A stretch of DNA of 33,279 bases, from the NCBI GenBank assembly GCA_032718475.1, contig JAUCBJ010007434.1, positions 1-33,279 on the forward strand. Reading direction: 5' to 3'. Positions 11,961 to 23,892 of this stretch are shown here, in pieces (position 1 is the first letter of the stretch; each line of letters begins with the position of its first letter). The DNA comes from Nemertoderma westbladi. Lineage: Eukaryota > Animalia > Xenacoelomorpha. The notes beneath the pieces are model-generated. The model made no database searches. It was not told the DNA's origin and worked only from the letters and a program-made list of their open reading frames with translations. Made by a program: the position numbers and the translations under genes.

Positions 11961-14143
11961 CTGTTAGCGCATTTGATAAAATATATTCTCTCAATCTCAA
12001 TTTTGTATATTTGACTTTTTATTAACTATCGCAGGGTTCTCATGCAAGTGGGCCTTGGATCGCTGGTCTGATACAATGAGCGGAGTTGCGCTAGTATACC
12101 TTTAACAAAGGGCCGCTCACTGGATCGATTTATCCCCCCCTTTTAGTATTCCCCTTTATGTATTGATTTGCTCTATAACTTATTTGGTTCAATACGGTAT
12201 TTGATTATCTATTGTATTTAACTGAGATATGATACCGGGAGGGTGTGGCAATACAGTATAACAAGCAAACGACTGACTAATTAATTATGTAAGGACTCAG
12301 AGGAAACCGTATTGTAACTTGTCTTTATGTCTAATTGTATTGATATTACTACCGTAATCAATTTATGACAACTCTCAATCGTGATACAATTAATAATAAG
12401 AGACTTGATTGTAATTGTGGTCTGTAATATCGCCATATATTAATTATTTAGTGAATCAGAGGTACGACAATACACAAATCTGATGCAATTGTCCAGATTA
12501 TCACTAATACTTAGTTATAGTGACCCACCTGTTATGGCGCGTGTAAAATCTCTTGATTTCGAAATATCGGCGATATATTAAACAAACAAAGAGTAAATTG
12601 AGTTTAACGACAGAATATCAATTAATAATGAAATTATAATGTCACCAAGACACAGATATTAACGGGAAAAAATGTGTTAAGTTACGAAATAAAGGCATGT
12701 AATAAATGCTAAAGGTAGCATGCTGTAGACGAACTTCGCATCGTCCATTTTATACTTCGGCTTGATCCTGAACTTTGGGTGATTTTTTCGATCAATCCTG
12801 TCTGACTCTTTTCCAAATGCATTTTGCATGGTGGTGGTGATTTCTGATGGACCGCCGCTCTTGCATCGACCTCGATAAAGTACTTGAAGGGCCATGTAAT
12901 AAATGCTGATCATCAGTAATCTGACCAACGTCCATAAAGCCCTGCATTGGAGAAAGCTCCGCTGCGGTATGCAAATGTTAAGATATAGAAGAAACATTTG
13001 ACCAACAGAAGCTATATATATAGCAGGTTTACTCAAAGCAATAATATGGACCAATAAGACGTCAGGAATCTCAGTGAACAATTCCTTCACAATTAGAATA
13101 TGGGTATAATGGCACTAGTGGCATGAAAAACCCTTACCAGAGAATAATCCAACAAGGACAGATAATATTAATAAATTTTTTTAAACTGGCCCTCCAACAT
13201 GGACCTACTGACTTACATATCTGTACAGTGTACATTGACTTAGCAGCTATGAACTACCTAGGTATGGTAGCTATTAATTAATATTAGCTTTGTACGTCTG
13301 TAACTTACCAATAGCCACTAAAAATAATAATATGAGTTAGTTACTCAGCCAGGCTCAGAAAGTTTGACCAACATTGCCCATGGACTTTATCTTAATGCAG
13401 AAGTAACAAGCAAAGAGAGGTACAACTTTTGCAAAATAACTTATTAATAATTACTTACTATTTGTATGTATTTAATTTATAATAGCTTTACTCAGATAAT
13501 TATCAGTATATATAATTATATTAACTGTAACTAAATTATCTTGCTAGCCCTATTCCTATGAAGTTTGATGTCAGTTGGTATTATGATACCTCCTACTCTG
13601 TAACCTCTCCATGCTCTAACACTTCCTCCCTATGACCCCTCTCTGCCTCTATCATCATTTCCCTTCTATCATGTTAGCACTCCAAAAGGCAGCAGGTGCT
13701 CAACGTCCATTTGTTCCCTTGCACCTGTCATATGCAGCTGGTGATGGTGCCATACCTCTTCCCCCATCACAACCAACTTATTTATAAGGAATTTTGTAGT
13801 AATTATTTGACTTATTTATATATTTTACATATTACTTAATCTCATACTTAATCTGAAAGAGATATTCACACAACCAGCTGTTAAGTGTTGTTTTCGCTTG
13901 TCCTAATTTTCCATTTATAAGACCTTTTTACACTCCTATTTATATTACTGTTTATTTATACCTACTACCCATGGTTAAAAAAATATTTTAGGTATATCCT
14001 ACTAGTACTATATATAATACCATAAAAACAGTACTGGTACATTTTAATGACATGGTGATTAAATATTTAATACTATAATATTAATATAGGCCTGCCAGGT
14101 AAATACTATTAGTCCATGATTAATTGGATTATACAGTGCATGT

Positions 14144-14623
14144 TTATACAATATTGTCACGCTCCCCCCCCCCCCCCCCCCCCGGCTGCACCACCACGCA
14201 GCAAAATAGACTCCTCCTCAGACAATTAAATATTGTTTTCCTAAATGAGTTGTTTGGACGGTTGCCTTTTCTCCCCCTATGAGAACATCGAAAGTTACAT
14301 CGAAAGTTACACAGACAGTTAACCTTTGTGAGCTCTCCTGTATTTTCACTACTGACCCCGACTTCGACTTCCAGACTATCACTTTTTGTTGTCCCGATGT
14401 CTCTATGTTCTTTCACCCATTGCAATATTACATGATACCGAGTTCGATGCATATGGGGCCCACAAATATCATTTAGATAGAGATAGAACACTTCTTCATC
14501 CCCATTGAAGTCAATGAAGCGATTAACGAGCTGATAAGCGTATTTGATTTTCTTTGTCTCCAGCCGCTTGGAGAATTCCTGACCAATCTCGGGAACCTCG
14601 ACGACCTTTGATGATTTGTACAT
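14144..14623 (-). CDS. BAF-like protein, copy 2 (PEIG variant) with Cys/Arg-rich tail; C-terminus chimeric across the array junction
   Basis: 159-aa ATG-initiated ORF with a BAF-like core in residues ~5-72. The tail is CLCNFRCNFRCSHR...CC, then poly-Gly from a 20-C tract (14164-14183). Confidence 0.75.
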   Translation of the reverse strand: MYKSSKVVEVPEIGQEFSKRLETKKIKYAYQLVNRFIDFNGDEEVFYLYLNDICGPHMHRTRYHVILQWVKEHRDIGTTKSDSLEVEVGVSSENTGELTKVNCLCNFRCNFRCSHRGRKGNRPNNSFRKTIFNCLRRSLFCCVVVQPGGGGGGERDNIV

Positions 14624-14691
14624 TATTATTCGTATTCGTATACAAAGATGAATAGTTTGTGCACAGTAGGCCTAGTCTTAGCTTCCTTACA

Positions 14692-15111
14692 TTAATATTT
14701 TCTTATTAAATAATCCCATACAAATATAGTTTTCCTGAATGAGTAGTTTGGACGGTTGCCTCCCCTATGAGAACATCTGAACTTACATCGAAAGCTACAA
14801 AGGCAGTTAACCTTTGTGAGCTCTCCTGTACCGGTATTTTCGCTACTGACCCCGACTTCGACACTATCCCTTTCTGTTGTCCCGATGTCCCGATGTTTTT
14901 TCACCCATTGCAATATTCGATTATACCGATTTTTATACATATGGGGCCCACAAATATTTTGTAAATAAAGATAAAACTCGTCTTCATTTCCATTAAAGTT
15001 ATTAAATTGATTAACTAGCTGAAACGCATATTCGATTTTATTTTTCCCCAGCCGCTTTGAGAATTTCCGACCAATCCCGGGAACCTCGATAACCTTATCT
15101 GATTTGTACAT
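14692..15111 (-). CDS. BAF-like protein, diverged paralog with intact PGIG helix-hairpin-helix motif
   Basis: 139 aa. By eye it has 15/51 ungapped identities to human BAF K18-G68 (V20,G25,I26,G27,K32,L34,A42,Q48,F49,E56,D57,F59,L63,C67,G68) plus a Trp matching W84. The frame stays open despite many substitutions relative to copies 1-3. Confidence 0.8.
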   Translation of the reverse strand: MYKSDKVIEVPGIGRKFSKRLGKNKIEYAFQLVNQFNNFNGNEDEFYLYLQNICGPHMYKNRYNRILQWVKKHRDIGTTERDSVEVGVSSENTGTGELTKVNCLCSFRCKFRCSHRGGNRPNYSFRKTIFVWDYLIRKY

Positions 15112-16735
15112 TATGTTAATTGAATGATGATTGAATGAATTGAAATATACCTACAAAGATGAATACGAATAGTTTGTGTACAGTAGGCCTAGTCTTAGCT
15201 TCCTTACATTATTATTTTCTTATTAAATAATCCCAAACAAATATAGCCTAGCTATGTAATTATATCCCTACAGTATGCTATGCGAGCTAGCAGTGACCGT
15301 AGATGAACCTACACTGGCACTGTCTGGGTGGGAGACAGTAATTTGTTATAAAACAAATTATCCATAGTTTATGTATAATTTTGTACAGTACCGTAGATGG
15401 ACTATATTTTTCTCCTTTCTATTCATTCCATTATTAGATTATATCAAAACAGATAAACAATAGCATTTCCTATGAAGTTTGATGTCAGTTGGTATTATGA
15501 TACCTCCTACGCTCTAACACTTCTTTTCTATGACCCCTCACCGCCTCTATCATCATTTCCCTTCTATCATGTTGGCACTCCAAAAGGCAGCAGGTGCTCA
15601 ACGTCCATTTGTTCCCTTGCACCTATCATATGCAGCTGGTGATGGTGCCATACCTCTTCCTCCATCACAACCGAATTATTTATAAGGAATTTTGTAGTAA
15701 TTATTTGACTTATTTTTAAATTTTACAAATTACTTAATCTCATATTTATGGTTTTAGTTGTTTATAACCCGGGATATAGTTGACATATTCAATGAAATTA
15801 ATAAGCAGGTCTGTAACTTACTTATAGCCACTATAAAGAATGTGAATTAGTTACTCAGCCAGGCTCAGAAACTTTGACCAACATGACCCATGGAGTTGTT
15901 GGACTTAATCTTAATGCAGAAGTAAAAAGCAAAGAGAGGTACAACTTTTGCTAAATAACATTAAATAATAAATTTTTGTTTGAATTTGTATGCATTTAAT
16001 TTATAATAGCTATACTCAGATAATTTATCAGTATATATAATTACATTAAATGTAACTAAATTATCTTGCAAGCCCTATTCCTATGAAGTTTGAAGTCAGT
16101 TGGTATTATAATACCTCCTCCTCTCTAACCTCTATCCTCTCTAACACTTTCTCCCTATGACCCCTCTCTGCCTCTATCATCATTTCCCTTCTATCACGTT
16201 GGCACTCCAAAAGGCAGCAGGTGCTCCACATCCATTTGTTCCCACCGCACCGATCATCTGCAGCTGGTGGTGGTGCCACACCTCTTCCCACATCACCACG
16301 TTTTCCTCTCTCTCTTTCAGGGGAAACGAGTTCGATGGTTGGGGTGGAGGAGGAAGGTTGGGCAGTATGCGAGTGTTGGGCAGTAGGTGAGTCCCTCTCC
16401 GTTGCCGACTAAAAAATAATATAAATAAATATAAACAAAGTGAGATTCAGGATATTGCGTTTAATATGAAATTCGAAAACCCCATCAAATTCCGTTTATT
16501 CCTCCTTTCAGGAGAAACGAGTTCGGTGGTTGGTGTGGAGGAGGGAGATTGGGCAGTAGGCGAGTCCCTCTCCGTCGCTGACTACAAAATAATATAAATA
16601 AATAAATAAAAACAAAGTGAGATTCAGGATATTGCGTTTAATATAAAAATCGGAAACCCCATCGAATTCCGTTTTTAATTCTCATTTCTCCGTAAATTTT
16701 TTCTCTTTTTCTTCCTCTCCTTCTCTTTCATTTCT

Positions 16736-17119
16736 CTAAGTAATGAAATGTAATTAATTGCTTTTGGGTTATGTTCTACTTCGTTAAGTAATGGAATGTA
16801 ATTAATTGATCTTGGGTTATGTTCTACTTTGCTAAGTAATGGAATGTAATTAATTGCTTTTGGGTTATGTTCTACTTCACTAAGTAATGAAATATAATTA
16901 ATTGCTTTTGGGTTATGTTCTACTTCGCTAAGTAATGGAATGTAATTAATTGCTTTTGGGTTATGTTCTACTTCGCTAAGTAATGAACTGTAATTAATTG
17001 CTTTTGGGTTATGTTCTACTTCGCTAAGTAATGAAATGTAATTAATTGCTTTTGGGTTATGTTCTACTTCTCAAAGTAATAAAACGCAATTAAATGCTTT
17101 TGGGTTATGTTCTACTTCT
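16736..17119. repeat. 48-bp minisatellite, 8 units
   Basis: Same unit and variant order as 8952-9335. Confidence 0.95.
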
Positions 17120-19056
17120 CTGTTAGCACATTTGATAAAATATATTCTCTCAATCTCAATTTTGTATATTTGACTTTTTATTAACTATCGCAGGGTTCTC
17201 ATGCAAGTGGGCCTTGGATCGCTGGTCTGATACAATGAGCGGAGTTGCGCTAGTATACCTTTAACAAAGGGCCGCTCACTGGATCGATTTATCCCCCCCC
17301 CCCCTTTTAGTATTCCCCTTTATGTATTGATTTGCTCTATAACTTATTTGGTTCAATACGGTATTTGATTATCTATTGTATTTAACTGAGATATGATACC
17401 GGGAGGGTGTGGCAATACGGTATAACAAGCAAACGACTGACTAATTAATTATGTAAGGACTCAGAGGAAACCGTATTGTAACTTGTCTTTATGTCTAATT
17501 GTATTGATATTACTACCGTAATCAATTTATGACAACTCTCAATCGTGATACAATTAATAATAAGAGACTTGATTGTAATTGTGGTCTGTAATATCGCCAT
17601 ATATTAATTATTTAGTGAATCAGAGGTACGACAATACACAAATCTGATGCAATTGTCCAGATTATCACTAATACTTAGTTATAGTGACCCACCTGTTATG
17701 GCGCGTGTAAAATCTCTTGATTTCGAAATATCGGCGATATATTAAACAAACAAAGAGTAAATTGAGATTAACGACAGAATATCAATTAATAATGAAATTA
17801 TAATGTCACCAAGACACAGATATTAACGGGAAAAAATATGTTAAGTTACGACATAAAGGCATGTAATAAATGCTGATCATCAGTAATCTGACCAACGTCC
17901 ATAAAGCCCTGCATTGGAGAAAGCTCCGCTGCGGTATGCAAATGTTAAGATATAGAAGAAACATTTGACCAACAGAAGCTATATATATAGCAGGTTTACT
18001 CAAAGCAATAATATGGACCAATAAGACGTCAGGAATCTCAGTGAACAATTCCTTCACAATTAGAATATGGGTATAATGGCACTAGTGGCATGAAAAACCC
18101 TTACCAGAGAATAATCCAACAAGGACAGATAATATTAATAAATTTTTTTAAACTGGCCCTGCAACATGGACCTACTGACCTACATATCTGTACAGTGTAC
18201 ATTGACTTAGCAGCTATGAACTACCTAGGTATGGTAGCTATTAATTAATATTAGCTTTGTACGTCTGTAACTTACCAATAGCCACTAAAAATAATAATAT
18301 GAGTTAGTTACTCAGCCAGGCTCAGAAAGTTTGACCAACATTGCCCATGGACTTGTTGGACTTTATCTTAATGCAGAAGTAACAAGCAAAGAGAGGTACA
18401 ACTTTTGCAAAATAACTTATTAATAATTACTTACTATTTGTATGTATTTAATTTATAATAGCTTTACTCAGATAATTATCAGTATATATAATTATATTAA
18501 CTGTAACTAAATTATCTTGCTAGCCCTATTCCTATGAAGTTTGATGTCAGTTGGTATTATGATACCTCCTACTCTGTAACCTCTCCATGCTCTAACACTT
18601 CCTCCCTATGACCCCTCTCTGCCTCTATCATCATTTCCCTTCTATCATGTTAGCACTCCAAAAGGCAGCAGGTGCTCAACGTCCATTTGTTCCCTTGCAC
18701 CTGTCATATGCAGCTGGTGATGGTGCCATACCTCTTCCCCCATCACAACCAACTTATTTATAAGGAATTTTGTAGTAATTATTTGACTTATTTATATATT
18801 TTACATATTACTTAATCTCATACTTAATCTGAAAGAGATATTCACACAACCAGCTGTTAAGTGTTGTTTTCGCTTGTCCTAATTTTCCATTTATAAGACC
18901 TTTTTACACTCCTATTTATATTACTGTTTATTTATACCTACTACCCATGGTTAAAAAAATATTTTAGATATATCCTACTAGTACTATATATAATACCATA
19001 AAAACAGTACTGGTACATTTTAATGACATGGTGATTAAATATTTAATACTATAATA

Positions 19057-19581
19057 TTAATATAGGCCTGCCAGGTAAATACTACTAGATACCATTAGTC
19101 CATAATTAATTGGATTATACAGTGCATGTTTATACAATATTGTCACGCTCCCCGGCTGCACCACCACGCAGCAAAATAGACTCCTCCTCAGACAATTAAA
19201 TATTGTTTTCCTAAATGAGTTGTTTGGACGGTTGCCTTTTCTCCCCCTATGAGAACATCGAAAGTTACACAGACAGTTAACCTTTGTGAGCTCTCCTGTA
19301 TTTTCACTACTGACCCCGACTTCGACTTCCAGACTATCACTTTTTGTTGTCCCAATGTCTCTATGTTCTTTCACCCATTGCAATATTACATGATACCGAG
19401 TTCGATGCATATGGGGCCCACAAATATCATTTAGATAGAGATAGAACACTTCTTCATCCCCATTGAAGTCAATGAAGCGATTAACGAGCTGATAAGCGTA
19501 TTTGATTTTCTTTGTCTCCAGCCGCTTGGAGAATTCCTGACCAATCTCGGGAACCTCAATGACCTTTGATGATTTGTACAT
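19057..19581 (-). CDS. BAF-like protein, copy 3 (PEIG variant); C-terminus chimeric across the array junction
   Basis: 174-aa ORF nearly identical to copy 2, with one fewer CNFR repeat and a different read-through tail. Confidence 0.75.
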   Translation of the reverse strand: MYKSSKVIEVPEIGQEFSKRLETKKIKYAYQLVNRFIDFNGDEEVFYLYLNDICGPHMHRTRYHVILQWVKEHRDIGTTKSDSLEVEVGVSSENTGELTKVNCLCNFRCSHRGRKGNRPNNSFRKTIFNCLRRSLFCCVVVQPGSVTILYKHALYNPINYGLMVSSSIYLAGLY

Positions 19582-21176
19582 TATTATTCGTATTCGTATA
19601 CAAAGATGAATAGTTTGTGCACAGTAGGCCTAGTCTTAGCTTCCTTACATTAATATTTTCTTATTAAATAATCCCATACAAATATAGCCTAGCTATGTAA
19701 TTATATCCCTACAGTATGCTATGCGAGCTAGCAGTGACCGTAGATGAACCTACACTGGCACTGTCTGGGTGGGAGACAGTAATTTGTTATAAAACAAATT
19801 ATCCATAGTTTATGTATAATTTTGTACAGTACCGTAGATGGACTATATTTTTCTCCTTTCTATTCATTCCATTATTAGATTATATCAAAACAGATAAACA
19901 ATAGCATTTCCTATGAAGTTTGACGTCAGTTGGTATTATGATACCTCCTACGCTCTAACACTTCCTTTCTATGACCCCTCACCGCCTCTATCATCATTTC
20001 CCTTCTATCATGTTGGCACTCCAAAAGGCAGCAGGTGCTCAACGTCCATTTGTTCCCTTGCACCTATCATATGCAGCTGGTGATGGTGCCATACCTCTTC
20101 CTCCATCACAACCGAATTATTTATAAGGAATTTTGTAGTAATTATTTGACTTATTTTTAAATTTTACAAATTACTTAATCTCATATTTATGGTTTTAGTT
20201 GTTTATAACCCGGGATATAGTTGACATATTCAATGAAATTAATAAGCAGGTCTGTAACTTACTTATAGCCACTATAAAGAATGTGAATTAGTTACTCAGC
20301 CAGGCTCAGAAACTTTGACCAACATGACCCATGGAGTTGTTGGACTTAATCTTAATGCAGAAGTAAAAAGCAAAGAGAGGTACAACTTTTGCTAAATAAC
20401 ATTAAATAATAAATTTTTGTTTGAATTTGTATGCATTTAATTTATAATAGCTATACTCAGATAATTTATCAGTATATATAATTATATTAAATGTAACTAA
20501 ATTATCTTGCAAGCCCTATTCCTATGAAGTTTGAAGTCAGTTGGTATTATAATACCTCCTCCTCTCTAACCTCTATCCTCTCTAACACTTTCTCCCTATG
20601 ACCCCTCTCTGCCTCTATCATCATTTCCCTTCTATCACGTTGGCACTCCAAAAGGCAGCAGGTGCTCCACAACCATTTGTTCCCACCGCACCGATCATCT
20701 GCAGCTGGTGGTGGTGCCACACCTCTTCCCACATCACCACGTTTTCCTCTCTCTCTTTCAGGGGAAACGAGTTCGATGGTTGGGGTGGAGGAGGAAGGTT
20801 GGGCAGTATGCGAGTGTTGGGCAGTAGGCGAGTCCCTCTCCGTTGCCGACTAAAAAATAATATAAATAAATAAAAACAAAGTGAGATTCAGGATATTGCG
20901 TTTAATATGAAATTCGAAAACCCCATCGAATTCCGTTTATTCCTCCTTTCAGGAGAAACGAGTTCGGTGGTTGGTGTGGAGGAGGGAGATTGGGCAGTAG
21001 GCGAGTCCCTCTCCGTCGCTGACTACAAAATAATATAAATAAATAAATAAAAACAAAGTGAGATTCAGGATATTGCGTTTAATATAAAAATCGGAAACCC
21101 CATCGAATTCCGTTTTTAATTCTCATTTCTCCGTAAATTTTTTCTCTTTTTCTTCCTCTCCTTCTCTTTCATTTCT

Positions 21177-21676
21177 CTAAGTAATGAAATGTAATTAATT
21201 GCTTTTGGGTTATGTTCTACTTCGTTAAGTAATGGAATGTAATTAATTGATCTTGGGTTATGTTCTACTTTGCTAAGTAATGGAATGTAATTAATTGCTT
21301 TTGGGTTATGTTCTACTTCACTAAGTAATGAAATATAATTAATTGCTTTTGGGTTATGTTCTACTTCGCTAAGTAATGGAATGTAATTAATTGCTTTTGG
21401 GTTATGTTCTACTTCGCTGGGTTATGTTCTACTTCACTAAGTAATGAAATATAATTAATTGCTTTTGGGTTATGTTCTACTTCGCTAAGTAATGGAATGT
21501 AATTAATTGCTTTTGGGTTATGTTCTACTTCGCTAAGTAATGAACTGTAATTAATTGCTTTTGGGTTATGTTCTACTTCGCTAAGTAATGAAATGTAATT
21601 AATTGCTTTTGGGTTATGTTCTACTTCTCAAAGTAATAAAACGCAATTAAATGCTTTTGGGTTATGTTCTACTTCT
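21177..21676. repeat. 48-bp minisatellite, ~10.4 units
   Basis: As in the other copies, plus an out-of-phase 116-bp duplication (21303-21418/21419-21534). Confidence 0.95.
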
Positions 21677-23554
21677 CTGTTAGCGCATTTGATAAAATAT
21701 ATTCTCTCAATCTCAATTTTGTATATTTGACTTTTTATTAACTATCGCAGGGTTCTCATGCAAGTGGGCCTTGGATCGCTGGTCTGATACAATGAGCGGA
21801 GTTGCGCTAGTATACCTTTAACAAAGGGCCGCTCACTGGATCGATTTATCCCCCCCTTTTAGTATTCCCCTTTATGTATTGATTTGCTCTATAACTTATT
21901 TGGTTCAATACGGTATTTGATTATCTATTGTATTTAACTGAGATATGATACCGGGAGGGTGTGGCAATACAGTATAACAAGCAAACTACTGACTAATTAA
22001 TTATGTAAGGACTCAGAGGAAACCGTATTGTAACTTGTCTTTATGTCTAATTGTATTGATATTACTACCGTAATCAATTTATGACAACTCTCAATCGTGA
22101 TACAATTAATAATAAGAGACTTGATTGTAATTGTGGTCTGTAATATCGCCATATATTAATTATTTAGTGAATCAGAGGTACGACAATACACAAATCTGAT
22201 GCAATTGTCCAGATTATCACTAATACTTAGTTATAGTGACCCACCTGTTATGGCGCGTGTAAAATCTCTTGATTTCGAAATATCGGCGATATATTAAACA
22301 AACAAAGAGTAAATTGAGTTTAACGACAGAATATCAATTAATAATGAAATTATAATGTCACCAAGACACAGATATTAACGGGAAAAAATGTGTTAAGTTA
22401 CGACATAAAGGCATGTAATAAATGCTGATCATCAGTAATCTGACCAACGTCCATAAAGCCCTGCATTGGAGAAAGCTCCGCTGCGGTATGCAAATGTTAA
22501 GATATAGAAGAAAAATTTGACCAACAGAAGCTATATATATAGCAGGTTTACTCAAAGCAATAATATGGACCAATAAGACGTCAGGAATCTCAGTGAACAA
22601 TTCCTTCACAATTAGAATATGGGTATAATGGCACTAGTGGCATGAAAAACCCTTACCAGAGAATAATCCAACAAGGACAGATAATATTAATAAATTTTTT
22701 TAAACTGGCCCTGCAACATGGACCTACTGACCTACATATCTGTACAGTGTACATTGACTTAGCAGCTATGAACTACCTAGGTATGGTAGCTATTAATTAA
22801 TATTAGCTTTGTACGTCTGTAACTTACCAATAGCCACTAAAAATAATAATATGAGTTAGTTACTCAGCCAGGCTCAGAAAGTTTGACCAACATTGCCCAT
22901 GGACTTGTTGGACTTTATCTTAATGCAGAAGTAACAAGCAAAGAGAGGTACAACTTTTGCAAAATAACTTATTAATAATTACTTACTATTTGTATGTATT
23001 TAATTTATAATAGCTTTACTCAGATAATTATCAGTATATATAATTATATTAACTGTAACTAAATTATCTTGCTAGCCCTATTCCTATGAAGTTTGATGTC
23101 AGTTGGTATTATGATACCTCCTACTCTGTAACCTCTCCATGCTCTAACACTTCCTCCCTATGACCCCTCTCTGCCTCTATCATCATTTCCCTTCTATCAT
23201 GTTAGCACTCCAAAAGGCAGCAGGTGCTCAACGTCCATTTGTTCCCTTGCACCTGTCATATGCAGCTGGTGATGGTGCCATACCTCTTCCCCCATCACAA
23301 CCAACTTATTTATAAGGAATTTTGTAGTAATTATTTGACTTATTTATATATTTTACATATTACTTAATCTCATACTTAATCTGAAAGAGATATTCACACA
23401 ACCAGCTGTTAAGTGTTGTTTTCGCTTGTCCTAATTTTCCATTTATAAGACCTTTTTACACTCCTATTTATATTACTGTGGGGCGAGCCACGAAGTTGGC
23501 GGAGCCTTAGCGAATTGACACTGTTAGGGGGTGGGTCAATTTATGCAAATAGTT

Positions 23555-23605
<51 letters not shown>
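23555..23605. repeat. (GTC)17 microsatellite
   Basis: Read directly from the sequence. Confidence 0.97.
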
Positions 23606-23607
<2 letters not shown>

Positions 23608-23733
23608 TACGATTTTGACATGCTAATAACTTTGTCGGATTTAAAGCTGCCAAGTTGAAAATTTGTAGGTATCAATATGAGCAAAAGTTGAGATTTTTGA
23701 GAGACTTTCAGACACCATCAGTGCAATGGTCTC

Positions 23734-23892
23734 CCGCTAGAGGGCCACATGTCTAAACATTAAATGCCCTCCCATTTCTTTGCTTTTAATCCGTTTAAGC
23801 TGAAACTTGGCAGATATGTATTAGACCATTAGCTGTGACTTTCAAAGGAGGCGAATCCATCTGCAGTTCTCCAGTCTGCCGCTAGAGGGCCA
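23734..23892 (+). promoter_or_regulatory. Two CTCF-like motifs (CCGCTAGAGGGCCA at 23734 and 23879)
   Basis: Match to the CTCF core CC[AG][CG][CT]AG[AG][GT]GGC. The second is preceded by CTGCAGTTCT (23861-23870), resembling the upstream module. Confidence 0.45.

Larger units (their letters stand above)
8483..13732. repeat. 2 x 2,625-bp direct tandem duplication (8483-11107, 11108-13732)
   Basis: Identical ORFs at 10052/12677 and 10167/12792 (offset 2625). The junction lies inside TGCAGCTGGTG at 11108-11118. Confidence 0.95.
6855..14195. repeat. Tandem array unit I (~4.4-kb base unit expanded by an internal 2,625-bp duplication)
   Basis: Starts at ACGCAGCAAAATAGACTCC; the same start recurs at 14196 and 19166. 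Modules are colinear and near-identical with units II and III. Confidence 0.92.
14196..19165. repeat. Tandem array unit II (contains the extra, more diverged BAF paralog)
   Basis: Colinear with units I and III; ORFs 16106/20547 are offset by 4441. Confidence 0.92.
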
